The notes beneath the pieces are model-generated. The model ran no database searches and was not told the origin of the DNA. It saw only the letters and a program-made list of their open reading frames with translations. A stretch of DNA of 64,000 nucleotides from an uncultured delta proteobacterium (GTDB taxonomy: Bacteria; Desulfobacterota; Binatia; UBA9968), in assembly GCA_963840855.1 (NCBI GenBank), contig CAWJBB010000067.1:1-64000 (forward strand), read 5' to 3'. Positions 10,301 through 18,198 of the stretch are shown here, one piece after another. Positions within the stretch are counted from its first letter, which is position 1, and each line of letters begins with the position of its first letter. The translations under genes and the position numbers were made by a program.

Positions 10301-13300
10301 TTCCGTTTGGGCCGCCGGGAGCATGGCTGGTGGCGACGCCATTTTCTCTTTTGTGGGCGCTGTCACCCGTGGTGGCACACTGGATCAGCCTGCCACCCCG
10401 CGCAACCGGGGCTCGGCCTCTTTCGGAAGATGACGCTCGCAGCTTGCGATTAACCGCACGCCGGACCTGGCGATTCTTCGAGACCTTCGTTGGCCCGGAA
10501 GACCACGCCCTTCCTCCCGACAATTTCCAGGAAGAGCCAACACCGGTCGTGGCCCACCGCACGTCGCCGACCAACCTCGGGCTGTATCTCCTTTCCACCA
10601 TCGCGGCGCATGATTTCGGCTGGCTCGGCACCGTGGCTGCAATCGAACGGCTCGAAGCCACACTCGGAACGATGAACGGCCTCGAGCGTTTCCGTGGTCA
10701 CTTTTATAACTGGTATGCCACGCGCGACCTTCGCCCGCTCGATCCTAAATACGTATCCTCGGTCGACAGTGGAAACCTCGCCGGTCACCTCGTCGCGCTC
10801 GGACAGGCGTGCCAGGACCTCATCGACCGCCCACTGCTTGGCCCGCAGGTGCTCGCCGGGATTGCGGACACCATTCTCCTCCTCCGCCAATCGGCACGCG
10901 CGATGGCCGATGACCGGCGCACGCAAACGGTCAGCCGCAAACAACTCGATGAGGCACTCGACGCCCTGACCACGGCACTCAGCCCGGTCCCCGTAACTCC
11001 CGGTGATTGGGTCGTGCGCCTCGCAGAACTCGAGACCCGCGCTTATACCATGGCGGACATTGCGCGCACGCTGACTGCGGAACGGGGCGACCGCGCCGAT
11101 GCAGAGGTGCTCGCCTGGGCGGAGGCCGTGCGCGCGAGCATCGAGAGTCACCTGCGCGATCTCGACATGGTGCTTCCCTGGGCGCGGCTTGTCTTTGGGA
11201 AGACCCTCTCTCATGGCGCCCCGACCCCGGAGCAAGCGTTGGGTTCAACGGCGATCGCGCGTTTTTTTCTCTCGTTCCCGACCCTGGCCGACACGCCGGA
11301 CCGCTACGAGAGCGCCATACACGAACTCACCACTCTCCGCGCGCGCTCGGCTACCGACAGCGCCGCACCGCAGAATGCCCTTACACGAATCGACGCGATC
11401 ATTGATAGTCTCGCGCGTTCTGCCGTAGCCTCCCGAGCGCTGGTCCGCCGCCTTTCGACCCTCGTCCAGCTCACGAAGACAATGTTCGACGCGATGGAGT
11501 TTGGCTTTCTCTTCGATCCGACGCGGAAGCTCTTCTCGATCGGGTACCGCGTTTCCGATAGCAGCCTCGATCCGAGTTGTTACGATCTACTGGCTTCCGA
11601 GGCGCGGCTCACAAGCTTCATCGCCATTGCGAAAGGTGACGTCCCGTCGACCCATTGGTTCCACCTCGGTCGCGCTTTGACTCCCGTAGACCGGGGATCT
11701 GCGCTGGTCTCCTGGTCCGGGTCGATGTTCGAGTACCTCATGCCTGCGCTCGTCATGCGCTCTCCGGCGGGGAGTCTGTTAGCTCAGACATGCGATCTCA
11801 TCGTGCGCCGTCAGAAGAAATATGGAACCGAGCGTGGCGTGCCGTGGGGGGTCTCAGAATCGGCCTATAACGCGCGCGATCTCGAGCTGACCTACCAGTA
11901 CTCGAATTTTGGCGTGCCCGGCCTGGGGCTCAAACGGGGGCTGAGCGAAGATGTGGTCGTAGCCCCTTACGCGACGGCGCTGGCCGCGATGATTGATCCA
12001 GAGGCGGCCGCGGAGAACTTCGTACGTCTCACCGAGGCCGGCGCGAGTGGCCCGTATGGCTTTTACGAGGCGCTCGATTACACGGCCACGCGGGTTCCCG
12101 AAGACCAACGCGTGGCCGTCGTGCGCGCCTACATGGCGCATCATCAGGGGATGTCGCTCGTGGCTCTCACGAACGTCCTCCGCGAGGGCGTCATGCGCGA
12201 GCGCTTTCATGCCGAGCCGCGCATGCAAGCCACCGAGTTGCTGTTGCAGGAACGCACTCCGCGAGACGTCCTGGTCGCCCGGCCCAGGGTCGAGGAGGTC
12301 CGAGCGGTGGCCAACGTCCGCGATCTTGTTCCACCAGTCGTTCGTCGCTTCACTTCCGCGCACGACCCGACGCCCGGCATTCACCTTCTCTCTAACGGGC
12401 GATACGCGGTGATGGTCACGACGGCGGGCTCCGGATACAGCCGTTGGCGCGACCTTACGGTTACACGATGGCGCGAGGACCGCACGCGCGATGCCTGGGG
12501 GACGTACCTTTTCCTTCGCGACGTACACAGCGGCGCGGTCTGGTCGGCCGCATACCAACCGAGCGGGGTCGAACCGGATAGCTATGAAGCGGTCTTTTCC
12601 GAGGATCACGTAGAGATCCGGCGGCGCGATGGCGCGATTGTGACGACGCTTGAAGTCGTCGTTTCGCCGGAGCACGATGCCGAGGTGCGCCGGGTGTCGA
12701 TCACGAACCTGGGAACTCGAACCCGAGAGATCGAGCTGACCTCGTACGCCGAAATCGTGCTGGCGCCGCCCGCAGCGGACGCAGCCCACCCGGCGTTTTC
12801 CAATCTGTTCGTGCAGACGGAATTTGCTCCCGAACTCGGCGCCCTGCTCGCTACGCGCCGGCCACGGTCACACGATGAGCCGCAGGTCTGGGCGGCGCAC
12901 GTAATCGTCGCCGAAGGAGAAACCGTCGGCGAGCTGCAATACGAGACCGACCGCGCGCGGTTTCTCGGCCGCGGACGCGGCATCCGAACGCCGATGTCGG
13001 TCATCGACGGCAACCCACTCTCCAACACGGTCGGCGCAGTACTCGATCCAATCGTCAGCCTCCGGCGCCGCGTTCGGCTTGCGCCGGGAGCCAGCGCGCG
13101 AGTGACGTTCTCGACGCTCATCGCGCCATCGCGCGACGAGGCGCTCGCCCTGGCCGACGAGTACAACAATCCAACGACGTTTGAGCGCGCCGCCACTCTG
13201 GCGTGGACGCGGGCCCAAGTCCAGTTACACCATCTCAGCATCGATCTTGACGAGGCCTACCTCTTTCAAGAACTCGCCGGCCGGATCCTATACTCGGACC

Positions 13301-14445
13301 CCACGCTGCGGCCGTCATCCGCGGTGCTCACAGGCAATACCCGGGGACCTTCGGAACTCTGGCGGCATGGAATTTCCGGCGACATACCGATTGTTCTGGT
13401 CCGAATCGACGAAGCCGAGGATCAGGGAATCGTCCGGCAACTCCTCCGCGCCCACGAATACTGGCGGATGAAACAGTTGGCGGTCGACCTCGTGATCCTG
13501 AACGAACACGCCCCGTCCTACGCTCAAGATCTCCAGGCAGCTCTGGAGGCGCAGGTCCGGACCAGCCAGTCGCGCTTGCGGCGCGAGGGGGATGAACCGT
13601 CCGGAAGCGTGTTTATTCTGCGGGGAGATCTCATTTCAGCCGAGGATCGCATCCTGCTCCAGACCGCCGCGCGGGCTGTGCTCTTGAGCCGCCGCGGCAC
13701 CCTGTCCGAGCAGGTTGTACGTCCGCGATCCGAGGCCGCCTTGGTTCCACTCGCGCAGCGTCTGCCCGAGACAAAATCATCGGATATTTTGCCGCCGCGG
13801 CCCGACCTCGAGTTCTTCAACGGCCTCGGTGGCTTCGCTGCGGATGGCCGTGAGTATGTGACCATTCTAGGCGAGGGCCAGTGGACGCCGGCGCCTTGGA
13901 TCAACGTGATTGCGAACCCTTCCTTTGGCTTCCAGGTTTCTGAGTCGGGCTCGGGTTATACGTGGTCGCTCAACAGCCGTGAGAACCAGCTCACGCCGTG
14001 GTCGAATGACCCGGTCAGCGACTCGCCGGGCGAGACGATATACGTGCGGGATGAAGACAGCGGCGAACTGTGGGGCCCAACGGTGCTGCCGATCCGGGAG
14101 GAGGCCTGGCCCTATACCGCCCGCCACGGCCAGGGTTACAGCCGTTTCGAGCACACATCGCATGGAATCTCGCTCGACCTCCTGCAGTTCGTACCGCTCG
14201 CGGACCCAATTAAGATCTCCCGCCTCACTATCGAGAACCACTCAGGCCGATCCAGACGCCTCTCCGTGACCGCATATGTCGAGTGGGTGCTCGGCGCTTC
14301 GCGGAACGTCTCCGCGCCCTTCATCGTCACTGAGATCGACCCGCCAACAGGAATGATGCTCGCGCGTAATAGCCTGGAACAGCGAGTTCGGTGGCCGCGT
14401 AGCTTTTGCCGACCTGGGCGGGCGCCAGACCGCATGGACGGGTGA
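7342..14445 (+). CDS. ndvB: cyclic beta-1,2-glucan synthase (Cgs/ChvB/NdvB), main part
   Basis: AEWLVDNY, GWERKRGKL, YVITLDADT, LLSHDLFEG, RQHRWARGDWQL, YDLLASEARL motifs; frame lost near 14371. Confidence 0.93.
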   Translation: MIIWVCAPDGREVCGLESLLSRNLLGKNYSEASAFSALEEPIRAELFSAERLEQHGETLAAAQRVTTTPRKARPLLPRVLDNGRVLLESYRAIAQAIREERAIEPAAEWLVDNYHIVDEQVREIRDDLPPGFYRELPKLAEGHLGGYPRVYGLAWAFVAHTDSRFDPEMLRRFVRAYQRVQPLTIGELWAVAITLRVVLVENLRRLAERIVHGRAARQQADAVADRLLGLGGRSTEPAATILGQFEGAPLATAFAVQLVQRLRDQDPVITPALHWLEEHLAAQGTTVDEMVRLEHQQLAAMNVTVRNVITSMRLISAFDWAEFFESVSLVDAILWTDNGFAAPDFETRDRYRRAIEELSRGSQQDELEVARRAVFQAKGVRSKAQEASDPAGDRRGDPGYYLIANGRVAFERELGFRMPIKTWLLRAYVTQATSRYLSTIAIVSGLILALFLVNSGAAEVGFVGLLLLGLLALVPASDLAIALVNREVTELLGPRALPRLELRDGVPADLRTLVVVPTLLTSHAQIAEQIDRLEVHYLANPAGDLRFALLSDWTDAPQETMPGDDELLAATIEGIARLNQRNGAAPDGGERFLLFHRRRGWNESERKWIGWERKRGKLHELNRLLRGATDTSFVPTGGRAPLAASGVRYVITLDADTRLPRGSAARLVGTLAHPLNRPRFDARVGRVVEGYALLQPRVTPTLPTDREGSLFQRIFSGPGGTDPYASAVSDVYQDLFGEGSYIGKGIYDVDAFEAALAGRVPENALLSHDLFEGIFARAGLVTDIEFFDEFPPYYATATARQHRWARGDWQLLPWILGHARDANGDRIRAPIPPISRWKMLDNLRRTLSAPAAFMTLIAGWTLPFASPVIWTTFVLATIAIPPLLPVLTGLIPHRRGISKRSHARAVGTDLVLAASHVGLTVTLLADQAWLMTDAIVRTLFRVYVTRRKLLEWVTAAQAESAFEITLGSVYHRMGGAVVLAAVAAILVPFGPPGAWLVATPFSLLWALSPVVAHWISLPPRATGARPLSEDDARSLRLTARRTWRFFETFVGPEDHALPPDNFQEEPTPVVAHRTSPTNLGLYLLSTIAAHDFGWLGTVAAIERLEATLGTMNGLERFRGHFYNWYATRDLRPLDPKYVSSVDSGNLAGHLVALGQACQDLIDRPLLGPQVLAGIADTILLLRQSARAMADDRRTQTVSRKQLDEALDALTTALSPVPVTPGDWVVRLAELETRAYTMADIARTLTAERGDRADAEVLAWAEAVRASIESHLRDLDMVLPWARLVFGKTLSHGAPTPEQALGSTAIARFFLSFPTLADTPDRYESAIHELTTLRARSATDSAAPQNALTRIDAIIDSLARSAVASRALVRRLSTLVQLTKTMFDAMEFGFLFDPTRKLFSIGYRVSDSSLDPSCYDLLASEARLTSFIAIAKGDVPSTHWFHLGRALTPVDRGSALVSWSGSMFEYLMPALVMRSPAGSLLAQTCDLIVRRQKKYGTERGVPWGVSESAYNARDLELTYQYSNFGVPGLGLKRGLSEDVVVAPYATALAAMIDPEAAAENFVRLTEAGASGPYGFYEALDYTATRVPEDQRVAVVRAYMAHHQGMSLVALTNVLREGVMRERFHAEPRMQATELLLQERTPRDVLVARPRVEEVRAVANVRDLVPPVVRRFTSAHDPTPGIHLLSNGRYAVMVTTAGSGYSRWRDLTVTRWREDRTRDAWGTYLFLRDVHSGAVWSAAYQPSGVEPDSYEAVFSEDHVEIRRRDGAIVTTLEVVVSPEHDAEVRRVSITNLGTRTREIELTSYAEIVLAPPAADAAHPAFSNLFVQTEFAPELGALLATRRPRSHDEPQVWAAHVIVAEGETVGELQYETDRARFLGRGRGIRTPMSVIDGNPLSNTVGAVLDPIVSLRRRVRLAPGASARVTFSTLIAPSRDEALALADEYNNPTTFERAATLAWTRAQVQLHHLSIDLDEAYLFQELAGRILYSDPTLRPSSAVLTGNTRGPSELWRHGISGDIPIVLVRIDEAEDQGIVRQLLRAHEYWRMKQLAVDLVILNEHAPSYAQDLQAALEAQVRTSQSRLRREGDEPSGSVFILRGDLISAEDRILLQTAARAVLLSRRGTLSEQVVRPRSEAALVPLAQRLPETKSSDILPPRPDLEFFNGLGGFAADGREYVTILGEGQWTPAPWINVIANPSFGFQVSESGSGYTWSLNSRENQLTPWSNDPVSDSPGETIYVRDEDSGELWGPTVLPIREEAWPYTARHGQGYSRFEHTSHGISLDLLQFVPLADPIKISRLTIENHSGRSRRLSVTAYVEWVLGASRNVSAPFIVTEIDPPTGMMLARNSLEQRVRWPRSFCRPGRAPDRMDG

Positions 14446-14563
14446 TCGGACGGAGTTTCTTGGCCGCAACGGCACCCTCGACCATCCCGCGGCGCTCGAA
14501 CGGAGAGACCGACTCTCTGGGAAGGTCGGCGCCGGCCTCGACCCATGCGGCGCCCTGCAGGCG

Positions 14564-16207
14564 ATGATGGAGCTACAGGCGGGCGGCCGTGCTGAGATCG
14601 TCTTTTTCCTCGGCGAGGCCGCGACCACGGAAGAGGCGCGGGCGTTGATCACGCGCTACCGCGCGGCTGACCTCGATGAAATCTTGCGCAAGGTCAGGGA
14701 GCATTGGGATGACGTTGTTGGCGCGATTCAGGTGACAACACCTGATCGGGCTATGAACGTGTTGCTCAACCGCTGGCTGCTTTACCAGACGCTGGCATGT
14801 CGGGTCTGGGCGCGAGCGGCCTTTTATCAAGCGGGCGGCGCCTATGGTTTTCGCGATCAGCTTCAAGACGTGATGGCACTCATGGTTGCCAAACGAGACG
14901 TCGCGCGTGCGCAGTTACTGCGAGCCGCCGCGCGGCAGTTCGTGGAGGGTGATGTCCAGCACTGGTGGCATCCGCCGTCCGGCCGGGGCGTTCGGACCCG
15001 TATTTCCGATGATCTTCTATGGCTGCCGTACGCGGTCATCCACTACCTCGCAGTCACGGGCGACGACGCTCTTCTCGACGAGGTCGTTCCCTTCCTCGAC
15101 GGGCCGCCTCTCGCGGCCGGGCAAGACGAGTCGTACTTCGAGCCACAGGTGTCCGCGCAAAGCGGTACCCTGTTCGAGCATTGCGCGCGCGCGCTCGACC
15201 GCAGTCTGGCGGTTGGCAACCACGGCCTTCCGTTCATCGGCACGGGAGACTGGAACGATGGGCTGAACCGGGTCGGATCTGCGGGAAAAGGCGAGAGCGT
15301 GTGGCTCGGCTGGTTTCTTCACACCATACTATGGGAGTTTGCCCGGGTCGCCGACTTGCGCGGCGAGTACCACCGCGCCGAAACGTGGCGACTGCATGTC
15401 AGCGCGCTCAAGGCATCGCTCGAACTAAAGGCGTGGGACGGCGAGTGGTATCGGCGCGGCTACTTTGACGATGGTACCCCGCTCGGCTCCGCCATGAACA
15501 CGGAATGCCGCATCGATTCCATCGCCCAATCTTGGGGGGTCATATCCGGTGCGGCCGAGCGAGCTCGTGGAGCGCGCGCAATGGCGGCGGTCGAGAAACA
15601 CCTCGTTCGTCGCAACGACGGGCTCGTCCTACTCTTCACGCCTCCTTTCGACCGCGCGAGTCCGGACCCTGGATACATCAAAGGATACCTGCCCGGCGTC
15701 CGCGAAAACGGCGGCCAATATACCCATGCAGCGATCTGGTCCGTCCTCGCTTTCGCCGCACTCGGCGACGGCGACAAAGCCGGCGAACTTTTCTCGCTCT
15801 TGAACCCCATCAATCACGCGAGTAGCCGCGCTGGCGTTTACCGGTACAAGGTCGAACCCTATGTCATCGCCGCTGATATTTATGCCGAACCGCCCCACGT
15901 CGGCCGCGGCGGTTGGACGTGGTACACCGGGTCGGCAGGATGGATGTATCGGGCTGGCATCGAGTGGATACTGGGTCTCCGTCTACGGGGCACGATGATG
16001 TATCTCGATCCCTGCATCCCGCGCGCGTGGCCGGGCTTTAAGATCACATTCCGCTATCACTCGTCGCGCTACGAAATCGTCGTCGAGAACCCGCACGGGG
16101 TTGCACGAGGGGTGTCGTCTGTTGAACTCGATGGCGCACCACTCGCAGACGGCATCCCGCTGGCCGATGACGGCGTAACGCACCATGTGCGCGTTGTCCT
16201 TAGGTGA
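14564..16207 (+). CDS. ndvB: cyclic beta-1,2-glucan synthase, C-terminal GH94 phosphorylase part (same gene after a +1 base)
   Basis: FYQAGGAYGFRDQLQD, GTGDWNDG, GVRENGGQYTHAA, WTWYTGSAGW; frame open upstream to about 14372 (AWNSEFGGRVAFADL). Confidence 0.92.
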   Translation: MMELQAGGRAEIVFFLGEAATTEEARALITRYRAADLDEILRKVREHWDDVVGAIQVTTPDRAMNVLLNRWLLYQTLACRVWARAAFYQAGGAYGFRDQLQDVMALMVAKRDVARAQLLRAAARQFVEGDVQHWWHPPSGRGVRTRISDDLLWLPYAVIHYLAVTGDDALLDEVVPFLDGPPLAAGQDESYFEPQVSAQSGTLFEHCARALDRSLAVGNHGLPFIGTGDWNDGLNRVGSAGKGESVWLGWFLHTILWEFARVADLRGEYHRAETWRLHVSALKASLELKAWDGEWYRRGYFDDGTPLGSAMNTECRIDSIAQSWGVISGAAERARGARAMAAVEKHLVRRNDGLVLLFTPPFDRASPDPGYIKGYLPGVRENGGQYTHAAIWSVLAFAALGDGDKAGELFSLLNPINHASSRAGVYRYKVEPYVIAADIYAEPPHVGRGGWTWYTGSAGWMYRAGIEWILGLRLRGTMMYLDPCIPRAWPGFKITFRYHSSRYEIVVENPHGVARGVSSVELDGAPLADGIPLADDGVTHHVRVVLR

Positions 16208-16313
16208 GAGACCCCCGGCAAATTACGGAGACCCTTGGCTTTCCTCTCGCGGAAATGTAGTAGTAGAATGTGCTCGGGCGCAAAATCAACGTCGATAGAT
16301 AAGGGAGGGGAAT

Positions 16314-16754
16314 ATGGAGAATACGGAACAATTGAAAGGCTTCGAGGTCTTCGAAATCAAGCCGCAACTCGTGGCAAAAGGCAAGAAGACCACAGAACTC
16401 GTGCGCTCTGATCTGATACGTGCCAATGTTCAAGTGGTCACCGACGGCGGAGAAACCAATCTCCACGCTCATACGGGAATGGACGCAATCTGGGTTGTCT
16501 TGCAGGGAGAGGCAACCTTTTATGGTAAAGGCAATGAGGTCGTCGGTAAACTCGAAAAACATCAGGGCATCTTGATACCTCGGCCCAATCCCTACTGGTT
16601 TGAAAGCTCGAGCGATGAGCCCTTGGTGATACTCCACGTCATGGCGTATCAACCGGGCGCGGTGGCCAAGCGGATCGATTACACGGCGCGGAAAGAGCTC
16701 CCTAGAGATATGGTGGACGGCAAATTCTTCGGCCAGCAGGAAAGCGAAGCTTAG
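16314..16754 (+). CDS. cupin domain protein
   Basis: GGETNLHAHTGMDAIWVVLQGEATFYG cupin motif. Confidence 0.85.
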   Translation: MENTEQLKGFEVFEIKPQLVAKGKKTTELVRSDLIRANVQVVTDGGETNLHAHTGMDAIWVVLQGEATFYGKGNEVVGKLEKHQGILIPRPNPYWFESSSDEPLVILHVMAYQPGAVAKRIDYTARKELPRDMVDGKFFGQQESEA

Positions 16755-16800
16755 AAGTTTGTTGCTACAGGCGGCTATCCGAAGCACCTAGAGTGTTTAA

Positions 16801-16844
16801 ATGCTCACGCGCGGCTTGAGAAGAGGCCGGCCGCGCGTGAGCAT
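16801..16844. terminator. perfect 15-bp inverted repeat between convergent genes
   Basis: atgctcacgcgcggc / gccgcgcgtgagcat; no clear U-tract. Confidence 0.5.
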
Positions 16845-16934
16845 CGTAAGGGTCTTTAGTTTTGTCGCCTAATGACACGTATAAAACGGCGCGGGCGACG
16901 CGCTTGCCTAGCGAAGCCGAGCATCCTTCTCTGA

Positions 16935-18065
16935 TCACCGCTGAGCATCCGCCTTGGGAAAACCATAAGCCTCAAATATCTTCGCCGCCCACGGCTGGAG
17001 ATTCTGATAGCTTTCCCACGGCACCGCCGATAATTTCTTCCCCTTGAGCTCCTGTTCCACCGCGCTACCGCGCACGTAAACTGCCGACGCCATCGGCTCG
17101 TGCTCATCGGCTATCTTCTGCGCTTCAACAGTCGCAAGCCAGTCAAACCACAGGAGCGCCGCATGGGGATGCTGAGCTGTAGCCAGGATTGATTGTGCCA
17201 GCGCTAATCTGAAGGGAACGGGCTCAAGAATAATATATTGGAGAACGCCGAGCGGATCCTTTTTCTGTGCGCGCTTCAGGTCATGAAAATTGGCCGCAAC
17301 CATCATGGGAATTTCTCCGGCTAACATTCCTGTGATCGCTCTGGGATCACCCCGGACCCAGATGGGATCCTGACTCGCCAACCTTCGAGCAAAGTCTACA
17401 GTCTTATCCAGACCCCAGGCAGGGATAAGAGTCGTTATGCCTCCCGGACGAATGTCCAGGGAAATTTTTCTTCCCTTAAACTCGGGCTTCAAAAGATCCT
17501 CCCAAACCTTCGGAACCCGGGCGGCAGGAACGAGATTCTTATTATAAGCGACGACTTGGAAACGACTGTGAAAAGCCACGATATTCCGCTGCGTGGAATC
17601 TACCATTTGATGAGGAATTTGCAGGACACCTTGCTCGGCCATTCCCTGCAGGTCCACCTTCCAGAGATGAGGCACATAGTCATTGACATGGTCGGAGCTA
17701 GTTGAGACGACGTCCCATTCCTTAGCCGCCACGCCGCTCTTGATTTGCAGCACAAGCTGCTGCGCCGACTCGGAGCCGGTTCTTACCTGGATATTCAGAT
17801 CGACAAACGGGTATCTCTTTTTGAAAGCCGCCACGGAAGCCTTGGCGGTTTCGGACTCCATGCTTGATATGACACGTAGTCTTCCCTCCTTTTGGGCTTT
17901 TGCCACAATCTCAGCGCGATCAGCGACAAATAAGAACCCTTTCGCCTCCGCGTCCTGCTTGGCTTTGAGGAGCGTCGCGCTCGGTGTGGCGGCGTGAACC
18001 GCTGGAGCAAACGCAAGAATGCCAAAAAAAACCAGCAGAGGCTCTCTGCTAAAATGTAGCTTCAC
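16935..18065 (-). CDS. ABC transporter substrate-binding protein (Fe3+/thiamine/polyamine-like)
   Basis: Signal peptide; AQKEGRL, AYNKNLVPAARVPKVWEDLLKPEFKG, AQHPHAALLWFDWL. Confidence 0.85.
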   Translation of the reverse strand: MKLHFSREPLLVFFGILAFAPAVHAATPSATLLKAKQDAEAKGFLFVADRAEIVAKAQKEGRLRVISSMESETAKASVAAFKKRYPFVDLNIQVRTGSESAQQLVLQIKSGVAAKEWDVVSTSSDHVNDYVPHLWKVDLQGMAEQGVLQIPHQMVDSTQRNIVAFHSRFQVVAYNKNLVPAARVPKVWEDLLKPEFKGRKISLDIRPGGITTLIPAWGLDKTVDFARRLASQDPIWVRGDPRAITGMLAGEIPMMVAANFHDLKRAQKKDPLGVLQYIILEPVPFRLALAQSILATAQHPHAALLWFDWLATVEAQKIADEHEPMASAVYVRGSAVEQELKGKKLSAVPWESYQNLQPWAAKIFEAYGFPKADAQR

Positions 18066-18198
18066 AGCAAACCTCCGTTCGAAACCGTCACCTTCAGCTC
18101 AACTATGGAACGCCCATTGGTTGCAATCATCGTCTCGCTCTAAAACCGCACGCCGCCGAGTCGAGCGCACAAAAATTTCTTTCCTGAGCGTCCTCGGT

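Noticed and set aside
14360-14400. Programmed frameshift separating the Cgs synthase and phosphorylase domains
   Set aside because: No slippery sequence, the break falls inside a domain, and it matches the window-wide +1 error pattern
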